DNA from: Candidatus Thorarchaeota archaeon
Lineage (GTDB): Archaea > Asgardarchaeota > Thorarchaeia > Thorarchaeales > Thorarchaeaceae
Direction of reading: 5' to 3'
Assembly (NCBI GenBank): GCA_016839605.1
Contig: JAEOTX010000051.1
Span: 1 to 50,879 of the forward strand
DNA: 50,879 nucleotides
Part shown: in pieces, positions 28,647 to 37,045 of the stretch
Position numbering within the stretch: position 1 is the first letter of the stretch
How the letters are laid out: the number at the start of each line of letters is the position of its first letter
Made by a program: the position numbers and the translations under genes
Notes under the pieces: generated by a model
What the model saw: the letters and a program-made list of their open reading frames with translations, nothing else
The model's database searches: none
Told to the model about the DNA's origin: nothing

Positions 28647-29840
28647 TTAGGTAAGTAAATCGAGCAGATGTTGTTCTAGCATTTCAGCTGGCACATCAGA
28701 GAGTCCTATCAGAGTTGTCTGGCCTCTCTGTCCAGCACCAGAGCGTTTTGTGTCTAGAAGTCCATGAGCGTTTAGATCCTGCACCCACTCCCAAATCTGA
28801 GTGTGAGCCCTTGGTTCTTCGTTATACTCCTCACATATCGGATGATACATCTCTTCGAGCTCACCCATTGTGATGTAGGCACCCCGATTCACCTTGAGTT
28901 GTCTTGCGGCTGCTAAAAGAAGAAGCATGTTCTGTCGTGGAAGAGCTGCAAATACTTCCTTCCTCAACTCAGGATGTGTGTCGGCTTTAGCCTTACGAGC
29001 ATAGTCAGGAATCACCTTTCTGGAATCCGTACTATCGGCCTGTTTCCCTGCACGCCACAGGAGTTCGATTGCATAACGAGCATCCCCACGTTCTGAGGCA
29101 ATATCACAGATGAGCTGTAGTGTCTCGTCCATGACTGTATCTTGCTCGAATGCAGTATCTACTCGCCCCTTTAGAATATCATACAGAGCAATGGATGCAT
29201 ATTGATTAAAACGCAGTATGTTTCTTTGAAGTGTGCTTAATGTACTTTGGTCCAAGATGGTTTCATCGAGAGGTATCTTTCTCCCCACTCCGATTACAGA
29301 CAGACGTTGGGGAGCATTCAACTGATCATCCGTTAGCCGAGTCAGGTCGTAGAGAATGTCAGCACCTCGTTGTCTAATGAAATAGTCGAGCTCGTCAAGT
29401 ATCAGTAGAAGGTATCTATCTTCTTCGTCAAGTACCTCGATAACCATCTGGAGGATTTCTTCTGGTGAGTGGCCTCGTCTGGGAAACCTTGGTTTAAACT
29501 CTCTTAGCATCCGCAGATACACAAGGTAGGTGCTTTTGCTTACTCGGCAATTGATATGCAGCTTATGCAATCTTATGCCCCGTCGGGTAGCTGCTTTAAC
29601 CATTTGATCTGCAAAACGCTTAGTCACAGCCGTTTTTCCAGTGCCTACTGGACCCTCGATAATGAACTTCTGACTTGTACGACCGGGGGAGGAGATTAGC
29701 GTCTTGAAACTCTGGGCAAGTGTTCTCAACTCGGGCTCTCGATGTGGAAGAGTTTCAGGAACATAATCGATAGAAAGTAATTGCTCCGCTTTGAATACAC
29801 TCTGCCGACTCAGTTCGTCTTCCACATAGTCATGCGTCAT
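28647..29840 (-). CDS. cdc6: Orc1/Cdc6 replication initiator
   Basis: DYVPETLPHRE, GPVGTGKT, INCR, ILDELD, GDARYAIELL, C-terminal wHTH with GQRGQT. Confidence 0.96.
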   Translation of the reverse strand: MTHDYVEDELSRQSVFKAEQLLSIDYVPETLPHREPELRTLAQSFKTLISSPGRTSQKFIIEGPVGTGKTAVTKRFADQMVKAATRRGIRLHKLHINCRVSKSTYLVYLRMLREFKPRFPRRGHSPEEILQMVIEVLDEEDRYLLLILDELDYFIRQRGADILYDLTRLTDDQLNAPQRLSVIGVGRKIPLDETILDQSTLSTLQRNILRFNQYASIALYDILKGRVDTAFEQDTVMDETLQLICDIASERGDARYAIELLWRAGKQADSTDSRKVIPDYARKAKADTHPELRKEVFAALPRQNMLLLLAAARQLKVNRGAYITMGELEEMYHPICEEYNEEPRAHTQIWEWVQDLNAHGLLDTKRSGAGQRGQTTLIGLSDVPAEMLEQHLLDLLT

Positions 29841-29941
29841 GAGGCATCCCGGTCCGAAGTAGAAACAATATAGTAACTTAAAAGAGTTATGCGAATTGTT
29901 CGATTAAATGTATCCGAGGGGTGGTGTTAACCGAAAGTAAT

Positions 29942-30020
29942 AGTGGCGAGCTCGTTACTCAAGATCCATATCATCGTCACTCTGGACTCATTGGGGTCAT
30001 GGCAGTCATCACTCGCCGCT
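29942..30020 (-). ncRNA. Candidate structured small RNA (C/D-box-like)
   Basis: Terminal 9-bp complementary arms (AGTGGCGAG/CTCGCCGCT). Minus strand carries GTGATGA (box C), ATGA, GTGACGA and TTGA at sRNA-like spacing, with TATA-like CTTAAG ~25 nt upstream. Strand uncertain. Confidence 0.3.
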
Positions 30021-30062
30021 CTCGCTTGGGTCCACTCGTCCTTAAGTCTGACGAAAAGAATG

Positions 30063-30166
30063 TGCGGCCGCCGGGATTATCTCGACACACGACAGTCGTC
30101 TGCCGATTCGAACCCGGGTTGGAGGCTTGGGAGGCCTCCGTCCTAACCATGCTAGACTACGGCCGC
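30063..30166 (-). tRNA. tRNA-Gly(CCC) with 30-nt non-canonical intron in the T-loop (~30077-30106)
   Basis: GCGGCCG/CGGCCGC acceptor; GAGGC-CTCCCAA-GCCTC anticodon arm; T-loop TTCGAAT interrupted by a hairpin-forming 30-nt insert. Confidence 0.9.
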
Positions 30167-30283
30167 TGAAGAGGTCATCCTTGTGGTGCATGATAAAAGA
30201 CTATCGGCAAATTGAGACTGAAATGCTCCAAGTCAACGCTTATCAAGGACTTGTGGAACAGCCGGCCCTGAGGATTATACATC

Positions 30284-31420
30284 ATGGCCGGTAGCAATCC
30301 ATCAGTCAACTTCTGGCAAGGGAACCAGGCATGTGCAGAGGCCGCAATTGCAGCAGGCTGTAGGTTCTTCGCCGGTTATCCAATCACTCCAGCTTCTGAG
30401 ATAGCAGAAATAATGGCAGAGAATCTTCCAAGGGTCGGAGGAACGTATCTCCAAATGGAGGATGAGATTGGTGCAATATCTGCTGTGATCGGTGCTTCAT
30501 GGGGTGGCGCTCTGTCAATGACCGCAACATCCGGTCCTGGCTTCAGCCTCATGCAGGAGAATATTGGATATGCTATTATGACTGAAACTCCATGTGTCAT
30601 TGTAGATGTCCAACGTGCGGGGCCTAGTACTGGACAGGCAACAAAAGGTGCACAAGGAGATCTTATGCAATCAAGATGGGGCACACATGGAGATGTTGAA
30701 AGCATAGTATTAGCCCCCAACTCAGCACAGGAAACATTCGAGCTCACATTACGTGCCTTTCATCTATCAGAGAAGCTTAGACATCCCGTGATTGTTCTTT
30801 CGGATGAGATTGTGGGACATTCTCGGGAGAAAGTAGTGGTGAACACAAAGGAAGACCTTGTAGTTCAACGAAAATACGCGATGACGGGGAACCCCCCATT
30901 TGCCGGGGTTGATGATGATGGATGGATTAAGATGCCAAGATTTGGCGATGGTCATAACCTGTTAGTCACTGGATCGACACACGACGAATATGGCTATCGA
31001 AAGACCTCGGACCCTGATGTGCATAACAAGTTGATTCGTAGAATTTCAGCCAAAATTCAAGATGAACACACCAATCTCACGGATGTGGTTGTTTCTGGTC
31101 AAGAGTCTGCTGAGTGGGGAATTATATCATATGGTTGTACCTCAAGATCGGTAGAGGAATTAGTTGCTAGGAGTTCAGGTGCTCCTCCGTTGAAATCACT
31201 ACGTTTGAGAACCATATGGCCATTTCCAGACTCTGAGATAATGGAGTTTGCTGAATCAGTTGATCGATTACTGGTACCCGAGCTTAGTCTGGGGCAGCTC
31301 TCCAGAGAGGTCTCAAGAGTGGTTAGTGGCTCTGTAGATGTGGTCCCGCTGACTAAGATCGGCGGAGGGCTGATGATTGAACCAGATGAACTCATAGAGA
31401 GAATAGGATTCGATTCGTGA
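30284..31420 (+). CDS. 2-oxoacid:ferredoxin oxidoreductase alpha subunit
   Basis: GNQACAEAA, AGYPITPASEI, QMEDEI, TATSGPGFSL, QRAGPSTG, WPFP. Confidence 0.93.
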   Translation: MAGSNPSVNFWQGNQACAEAAIAAGCRFFAGYPITPASEIAEIMAENLPRVGGTYLQMEDEIGAISAVIGASWGGALSMTATSGPGFSLMQENIGYAIMTETPCVIVDVQRAGPSTGQATKGAQGDLMQSRWGTHGDVESIVLAPNSAQETFELTLRAFHLSEKLRHPVIVLSDEIVGHSREKVVVNTKEDLVVQRKYAMTGNPPFAGVDDDGWIKMPRFGDGHNLLVTGSTHDEYGYRKTSDPDVHNKLIRRISAKIQDEHTNLTDVVVSGQESAEWGIISYGCTSRSVEELVARSSGAPPLKSLRLRTIWPFPDSEIMEFAESVDRLLVPELSLGQLSREVSRVVSGSVDVVPLTKIGGGLMIEPDELIERIGFDS

Positions 31421-33156
31421 CATGTGGGAATGATGTGTACCGGGGATATAGGGCCAGGGGGAATTGGGTCCCCAATAATTATCAATATGCTAGATCTCAT
31501 CCAGATGACTATGGGTTGTGAAATGTTAGTTTCTTCGCACCAAGAGCTGTTTATGTACAGATGAAGACTGTGTAATCCCGGATAGATATGGAGAGGGAAA
31601 AGAACCTGTATTGATGAAGTGACGTCTGCATTGTTTATTGTGAAGAAAGGTGTAGAGGTTGAATCGGCATAGATTCGCACATCAGCAGTTCCGATACTCT
31701 GTCCATTATCATCTGTAACATTCAGGCCAATCTCAGCTGTTTCTCCATAATACACCAAATCAAGCATCATATTGACGGAAATGGTCCCATGAACAATGAT
31801 TTCTAGCTCAAGGGGATTTTGGGCTATGTATGAACTGTCAGTTACCTCAATGGATATTGCATGAGGGCCTAATGATGTATTACTTTGGATTGGGAACGTA
31901 ATCTCCGTGGGACTGTTTGCAATAACTGACGCGTTGGTGCCGATCTCGCCAATTGAATCGATGATTTCTATTGGAATCAGCTGGCTCTGTAGCAAGGTGG
32001 AATTGATGCTAATATTCAGGGTGATATTGCTTCCGCGCTTGACTGACCAAGTAACATTCGTTGTGGAAAGATGAACAACGTAAGGTATCACATCAATTGT
32101 GATTGATTCTGACTCGTTTCGATAGAGTGGATTAACAGCTGTAAGATTCAGATTATAAGACCCTGGTTCGACATTGAAAGGTATTGACATGTCATAAAGT
32201 CCGTCACCAAGAATGTTCATTATACCTGAGGAAAAGGATGTGTGCCACTGAATCACACTGTCAGATATTGGCTGACCTTCCACCGTCGTCTGTTCTACTA
32301 ATATGTCTACAGATTCGTTTTGGCTGCCATCTGGTGTCTGACAATGTACCGATGATGGTGCGGATAAAACAGTCAGATTTGAGGCGGCCCTTGTTACTGT
32401 GAGAGGAAAAGATTCTGAGAAGGGCAGGAAGTCCTCTGTCCCATTGCCTGCTACTACCACTGTATAATCGCCTGGAGAACCAGTAGCGTCGGTCCAGTTA
32501 ATCTGAGCTTCTCCATTTGAGGATGTGGTCGTATCAAATTGTAGTATTGAATCAGATGTGGAATTGATGAGTGTGACAGTCACAGGGCTGTTCCTAAATG
32601 GAATAGACTGATTGTGCATACTTACAACTTTGAAGTCAAGAGTGGAATTTGCGTTGAATTCAATGTTCAATGTTGATAATGCAATAACACTAAGATGACC
32701 TCTTGTTATATTCACAATAATGGTATCGCCCCCACCCTGTGAATAGGAGTCGTAAATCTCAACATTGAAAATTACAAATGCTTGCGTGCCATTCATCCCC
32801 GGTGATGTGTCTTCTGGCAGGATGGTATAGGATGAATTGAAATAACGTACATCGGTTGAAGGCGGGATTTCATAGCTATTAGAGAACGCAGGACCTTGGT
32901 CAGTCACTACCGCAAATGACACATAGCACCACCCATCTCCACTGAAATCTGCAATCAACTTAGCAACCATGTTTATTGTCTCACCTACTTCATACACTAG
33001 CTTGTCAGTTTCGAAGTAATGGAATTCGAAATAGAAGGCAGAAACAGGTGCAATCAAACAGAATGTAATACATGTGCAAACGATAACAGCCGCTAGTGTC
33101 CTTTGACTCAAGAAACCCACCAAAACCCGGTCAGTATGTTGCCTAAAAAACAGCAC
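31099..33156 (-). CDS. Secreted/surface protein with Ig-like beta-sandwich repeats (3' end overlaps the OFOR gene antisense)
   Basis: Signal peptide (RTLAAVIVCTCITFCLIAPVSA); repeated beta-rich units (TTTSSNGEA, PGDYTV, PGSYNL, LGPHAI, PGLHSL); many N-x-S/T sequons. True start probably the TTG near 33111. Confidence 0.75.
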   Translation of the reverse strand: MLFFRQHTDRVLVGFLSQRTLAAVIVCTCITFCLIAPVSAFYFEFHYFETDKLVYEVGETINMVAKLIADFSGDGWCYVSFAVVTDQGPAFSNSYEIPPSTDVRYFNSSYTILPEDTSPGMNGTQAFVIFNVEIYDSYSQGGGDTIIVNITRGHLSVIALSTLNIEFNANSTLDFKVVSMHNQSIPFRNSPVTVTLINSTSDSILQFDTTTSSNGEAQINWTDATGSPGDYTVVVAGNGTEDFLPFSESFPLTVTRAASNLTVLSAPSSVHCQTPDGSQNESVDILVEQTTVEGQPISDSVIQWHTSFSSGIMNILGDGLYDMSIPFNVEPGSYNLNLTAVNPLYRNESESITIDVIPYVVHLSTTNVTWSVKRGSNITLNISINSTLLQSQLIPIEIIDSIGEIGTNASVIANSPTEITFPIQSNTSLGPHAISIEVTDSSYIAQNPLELEIIVHGTISVNMMLDLVYYGETAEIGLNVTDDNGQSIGTADVRIYADSTSTPFFTINNADVTSSIQVLFPLHIYPGLHSLHLYINSSWCEETNISQPIVIWMRSSILIIIGDPIPPGPISPVHIIPTCHESNPILSMSSSGSIISPPPILVSGTTSTEPLTTLETSLESCPRLSSGTSNRSTDSANSIISESGNGHMVLKRSDFNGGAPELLATNSSTDLEVQPYDIIPHSADS

Positions 33157-33228
33157 ACGAATAGAACGACAACTTTAATTCAAGACTTACAGCCAACCAA
33201 GCGCTGAAGAGAAGGAGCGTCTAAGAAG

Positions 33229-33594
33229 ATGGTGATCAGACTAAAGAATGCTACAATTGAGTCAATCGAAGACACTGAAACAAAGAGACTGAAAGTTGTC
33301 AAGGTGATTGCCAAGGAAGAAGGGGCTCGAGTATCATTGGAGCTTCCAGAGGTCCTATGCAGTACAATGAATCCAAGAGATGAAGTCACAGTCATAATTG
33401 ATTCTAAACCAATTGCACGAGGAAACAATGCCAAACTATATGCAGAAGGCAAGGTGTTTCGAATAAGGGATGAGAAGGGGGTTGAGGTGACTGGTACAGT
33501 AGGTGGACTAAGGATGACCCTTGATCTTAGTAGTCCTACAGCCGCTCAACGAAAGACATTCGATCACGACAAATTCTTGATAGCAATTGTCTGA
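33229..33594 (+). CDS. rpo8: RNA polymerase subunit Rpo8 (RpoG)/RPB8
   Basis: OB-fold pattern; YAEGKVFRI...TVGGLRMTL matches the RPB8 motif YxMxGKVYRI...SYGGLLMRL. Confidence 0.75.
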   Translation: MVIRLKNATIESIEDTETKRLKVVKVIAKEEGARVSLELPEVLCSTMNPRDEVTVIIDSKPIARGNNAKLYAEGKVFRIRDEKGVEVTGTVGGLRMTLDLSSPTAAQRKTFDHDKFLIAIV

Positions 33595-33769
33595 GAGTGT
33601 GGTTGCTGATTCGCACAGAATAGTTTCGGACATCTCTCTTTCTGTCAGTCCGGACTACTAACACCCATTGTAAAGTATTAGGAATTTACTCTGTAGAACA
33701 ACATATCCTGAGGAACGAACTAGAACCCTCCTGAAATCTAGTTAGGACGCAGACCTACGTATTGTTTGG

Positions 33770-34807
33770 GTGTGGTCTTTGATTGATGAAACATTTGAGG
33801 CTATTCAAAACTTGTCTTGGTCTTGCCCCGACTGTTCGGGTCTGGTAACGACCAACCAGGGCTATATAGTATGTGTAGAATGTGGCTTGGTGATTTCTAG
33901 AGAATACGTATCGCCCACCTATCAAATGGGCGAGAAAGTATCTGAAAATGCTCCTGATGCAAGCGTATACGTTTCTCTTGGTAATCGTATGCATATTGTT
34001 GATGGATTGGGAAGCTATATTGGTTTCCACAAGGATAGATATTTCCAAGATGCACAAGGTCAGACTCTCACAGCACGATCTCAAAAGAAGTTCAAGCGGC
34101 TTAAAATGATATACAGTACGCGAATACGGATTGGCAGAAATGAAGCAAAGTACAGAGCTCTCAGAACGCTCAACCATGTTTCAAAACTGCTTATGTTAAA
34201 CGAACAGGTCCGTGATCGTACTGCCTATCTCTACAAGAAAATATCCTCTGAATCTTCAGAGAAGATTAACAACAATATCCTGCTTATTGCCGTATGCCTT
34301 CTAATGGCTGTGAGAGAGTTCAAGGATGGAGCGCCAATAACCTTGGATGAGATAGCTAATACATTCGAGAAGTGCGGTCATCGTGTGAACGTCAGGGCGA
34401 TTGTAAGAGAAGCTCTGAGACTCAAGTCACTAACAGGTGTTGCTCCTGAAATTCGTCGTCCAGATGACTATGTACCAAGAGTCTTGTCTATGTTGATGAA
34501 CAGTGATAAGGTGCTCAAAAAGGTGATAGCTCGTGGATGGGAACCAAAGAAGTATGAGAATGCGCTCAGAGACAAGATCTTTGAAGTTTTAGAGATGATA
34601 CCAGCATCTAAGAGAGGAGGACGAAATCCCTTCATATTCACTGTTTCTGCGGCGTATGCAAGTGATCGTCTAGTTGCAGATGAGCATGGAAAAAGGTCCG
34701 TGCTTACTCAGAAGCTCACTTCAGAGGCCACTGAAGTAGCTGAGTACAGCATTCGTGATCACTTTGGAATGATGAAGAAAGTGATTGCATCAGCTTCTCT
34801 AGCTTAG
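33770..34807 (+). CDS. Divergent transcription initiation factor B (TFB/TFIIB) paralog
   Basis: Zn ribbon CPDC...VCVECGLV; two cyclin repeats (YVPRV, GGRNP, TQK...VAEYSIRDH). Confidence 0.85.
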   Translation: MWSLIDETFEAIQNLSWSCPDCSGLVTTNQGYIVCVECGLVISREYVSPTYQMGEKVSENAPDASVYVSLGNRMHIVDGLGSYIGFHKDRYFQDAQGQTLTARSQKKFKRLKMIYSTRIRIGRNEAKYRALRTLNHVSKLLMLNEQVRDRTAYLYKKISSESSEKINNNILLIAVCLLMAVREFKDGAPITLDEIANTFEKCGHRVNVRAIVREALRLKSLTGVAPEIRRPDDYVPRVLSMLMNSDKVLKKVIARGWEPKKYENALRDKIFEVLEMIPASKRGGRNPFIFTVSAAYASDRLVADEHGKRSVLTQKLTSEATEVAEYSIRDHFGMMKKVIASASLA

Positions 34808-34830
34808 ACGCCTGATGTAACACATTCGGC

Positions 34831-36564
34831 TTGAATCATGCTCCTAAAGATGAGGTCAAGAGAATGCGGGAAGATGTACTCAGAGTAATTAGATGTCCGG
34901 ACATAAGATGCAAAGAGTGTTCCGAGCTGGTTGCTCCAGATTGTTCAAAGCTCTCCTTGCTATTGGAAGAGAAAACTAAGGAGAAGGTGATTATTCTGGA
35001 AGCTTCCAGAAGTCTTCTTCATCTTGGGGGAATTTCAGGTCCTATCCCAACCAGGCCGCCTTGGAAAGGAGAAGGATGGGAATCAATTTACATCGGTAAT
35101 CGAGAAGAGTTCCCGGACAAAGATTGGTGTCCTATAGATGCTTACTTGGTTGGGCCGTATCTTTCGTTTTACTTCTCACTGACGAGTGAAAAGGAGGTTT
35201 TTCACCGGTCGTATCCATTGGTGAGGACTTCACTCGAATATGGACTGTTGCAAAAACTAAGTGAATCAATTGAGAATGAATTTCACGAACAAGCAGCAAA
35301 AAGGACTGACATCTCCGTTCGACTCAAGCAAATAGCAAACAACGTTTCCAGAGATATCCTGACATCGCTGCCTGAGATAAGCAAAACGACTCGTGAGAGA
35401 ATCTCTAGAATTGTAGCAAACAAAACAACTGTTCTGGACTCACTTCTCCCAATTCTTTTGGATGATGATGTGGAAGAGGTGTATATGGACCGTCCAAGGA
35501 AGCCTATCTATTTTGACCATTGTAGGTTAGGAAGATGCATTTCTAAATACGAGCTTCATCAGGATGATGTGCCGCGTTTTGCAACACTCCTACGAGCAGA
35601 GAGTAACCTCCATCTTGATAGAAGAAACCCATCTCTCAAAACCGATCTGAATCTGTTAGATATGAATCTGCGAGTTTCTGCAAGCCTGCCACCACTTAGT
35701 CCTGATGGTCTACACCTAGAAATTCGAAGGGCAAGAAGAAGACCATTCACCATACTGGACTTGATACGTAATGGTACACTACCGACCGAGGCAGCAGCAG
35801 CACTTCTCCTTGCACTGGGCTGCAGGTTTAATATAACCATAACTGGAGGGCCTGGAACCGGCAAGACTACTCTATTGAATGCACTTGACTTGGATAGTCC
35901 GAAAGTGTGGAGGAAGATCTATATCGAAGATGCAATGGAAAGTAGAAATCTTGAGAATCATCACCAAGTTCGCTTCAAGGTCGATCCGGTTGATGAGATA
36001 GATGGACATTTTGACAAATCCATAGAGATCGTCAAAACTCTCCATAGGTCTCCAGACTATGTCATACTTGGTGAGATTCAAACTGCAGAACACAGTCAAG
36101 CACTCTTTCAAGCTATTGCCGCTGGTCTTCGTGCAATGCAGACCTGTCATAGTTATTCCGCAGCTAGTCTTATGTCCCGTTGGACTACAGGACATGCTAT
36201 CGAAAAATCAAGTTTAGCCATGATGGATTTGATTGTGACAATGGTACGTCCAGTGCCTGGAGAGTCGATTAGACGAGTCAGTGAAATTGTTGAGGTGCAA
36301 CGTGCGGTTTCAGAAGGAGTTCTCGAGTTCAATGGACTTAGTACGGTCTACAACTATCATTCATCTCAGGATTTACAATGGGTACCTGACGGAGCGTATC
36401 TTTCGTACGCACGAGAAGCTGGGCATGAAAGCCATATTCAGGCATATAACGGAATAGTTGATTCTCTAACTCGAAGTTTGCAGACCTCAGTAAATGATAC
36501 TCACAGAGATTTGGGAGAAGAGATTTGGTCGCAAACACATCCATTGTGGTCTGCAGGAGTCTGA
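34831..36564 (+). CDS. Type II/IV secretion traffic ATPase (TadA/CpaF/VirB11/FlaI family)
   Basis: LLDDDVEEV, LPPLSPDG, GGPGTGKTTLLNAL, IED, RSPDYVILGEI, QTCH; Cys-rich N-terminal extension. Confidence 0.9.
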   Translation: MNHAPKDEVKRMREDVLRVIRCPDIRCKECSELVAPDCSKLSLLLEEKTKEKVIILEASRSLLHLGGISGPIPTRPPWKGEGWESIYIGNREEFPDKDWCPIDAYLVGPYLSFYFSLTSEKEVFHRSYPLVRTSLEYGLLQKLSESIENEFHEQAAKRTDISVRLKQIANNVSRDILTSLPEISKTTRERISRIVANKTTVLDSLLPILLDDDVEEVYMDRPRKPIYFDHCRLGRCISKYELHQDDVPRFATLLRAESNLHLDRRNPSLKTDLNLLDMNLRVSASLPPLSPDGLHLEIRRARRRPFTILDLIRNGTLPTEAAAALLLALGCRFNITITGGPGTGKTTLLNALDLDSPKVWRKIYIEDAMESRNLENHHQVRFKVDPVDEIDGHFDKSIEIVKTLHRSPDYVILGEIQTAEHSQALFQAIAAGLRAMQTCHSYSAASLMSRWTTGHAIEKSSLAMMDLIVTMVRPVPGESIRRVSEIVEVQRAVSEGVLEFNGLSTVYNYHSSQDLQWVPDGAYLSYAREAGHESHIQAYNGIVDSLTRSLQTSVNDTHRDLGEEIWSQTHPLWSAGV

Positions 36565-36638
36565 GTTTGTCTTGTTCGGTCTTGGTTTTGAGGGCAGTTA
36601 AAATACCATTCCATGGACAGCTAATCAGGTGGAATTCT

Positions 36639-36833
36639 ATGCATGACCCGATAAGGGATGAACAGGGCGGCCCACTGGTCGAGGAAAGTCTCTTGCTTGG
36701 CATTGCCGTGGTTACTGTATCAATAGTCATTGCTGTGATATTGCAGGCGACAGGTTGGGCGCAAGATGTAGTAGCAGGACTATTTCAAATCCTTGAAGAT
36801 AGTTGGAGTAGTTTCACAAGTCTATTTCCATAG
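36639..36833 (+). CDS. Flp/Tad-like small pilin (class III signal peptide)
   Basis: MHDPIRDEQG|GPLVEESLLLGIAVVTV: short charged leader ending DEQG, Glu at +5, single hydrophobic helix, 64 aa; directly after the ATPase. Confidence 0.65.
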   Translation: MHDPIRDEQGGPLVEESLLLGIAVVTVSIVIAVILQATGWAQDVVAGLFQILEDSWSSFTSLFP

Positions 36834-36928
36834 CAATTTAATGCCACTAGCAGATTATGCCCCGTGATTTGGGAAAGCCTTATTTGTAATCTGGAGTGAG
36901 CACACCCGCTCCGGACTGGTATGCCTTA

Positions 36929-37035
36929 GCTCCGGTAGATGCTTCATGAAACCATGATGCAACCGTATGTAGTCCGGCCCAGCATGAGGGACTCTCGATC
37001 CCTCGACCCGGGTTCAAATCCCGGCCGGAGCACCA
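36929..37035 (+). tRNA. tRNA-Glu(CTC) with 29-nt intron at 10/11 (36939-36967), CCA encoded
   Basis: GCTCCGG/CCGGAGC acceptor; after intron removal D-stem GTGT/GCAT; AGGGA-CTCTCGA-TCCCT anticodon arm; CCGGG-TTCAAAT-CCCGG T arm; clean BHB. Confidence 0.9.
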
Positions 37036-37045
37036 GATTTCATTG

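Noticed and set aside
29841-29940. Origin immediately upstream of cdc6
   Set aside because: No TTCCAnTGGAAA/G-string ORB here; only a short AT-rich promoter-like stretch
29942-30020. SECIS element interpretation of the hairpin
   Set aside because: Helix II pairing is poor and no gene with a plausible in-frame Sec TGA was found nearby
29921-30169. ORFs of 82 and 67 aa on the plus strand
   Set aside because: They overlap tRNA-Gly antisense and show no protein-like features
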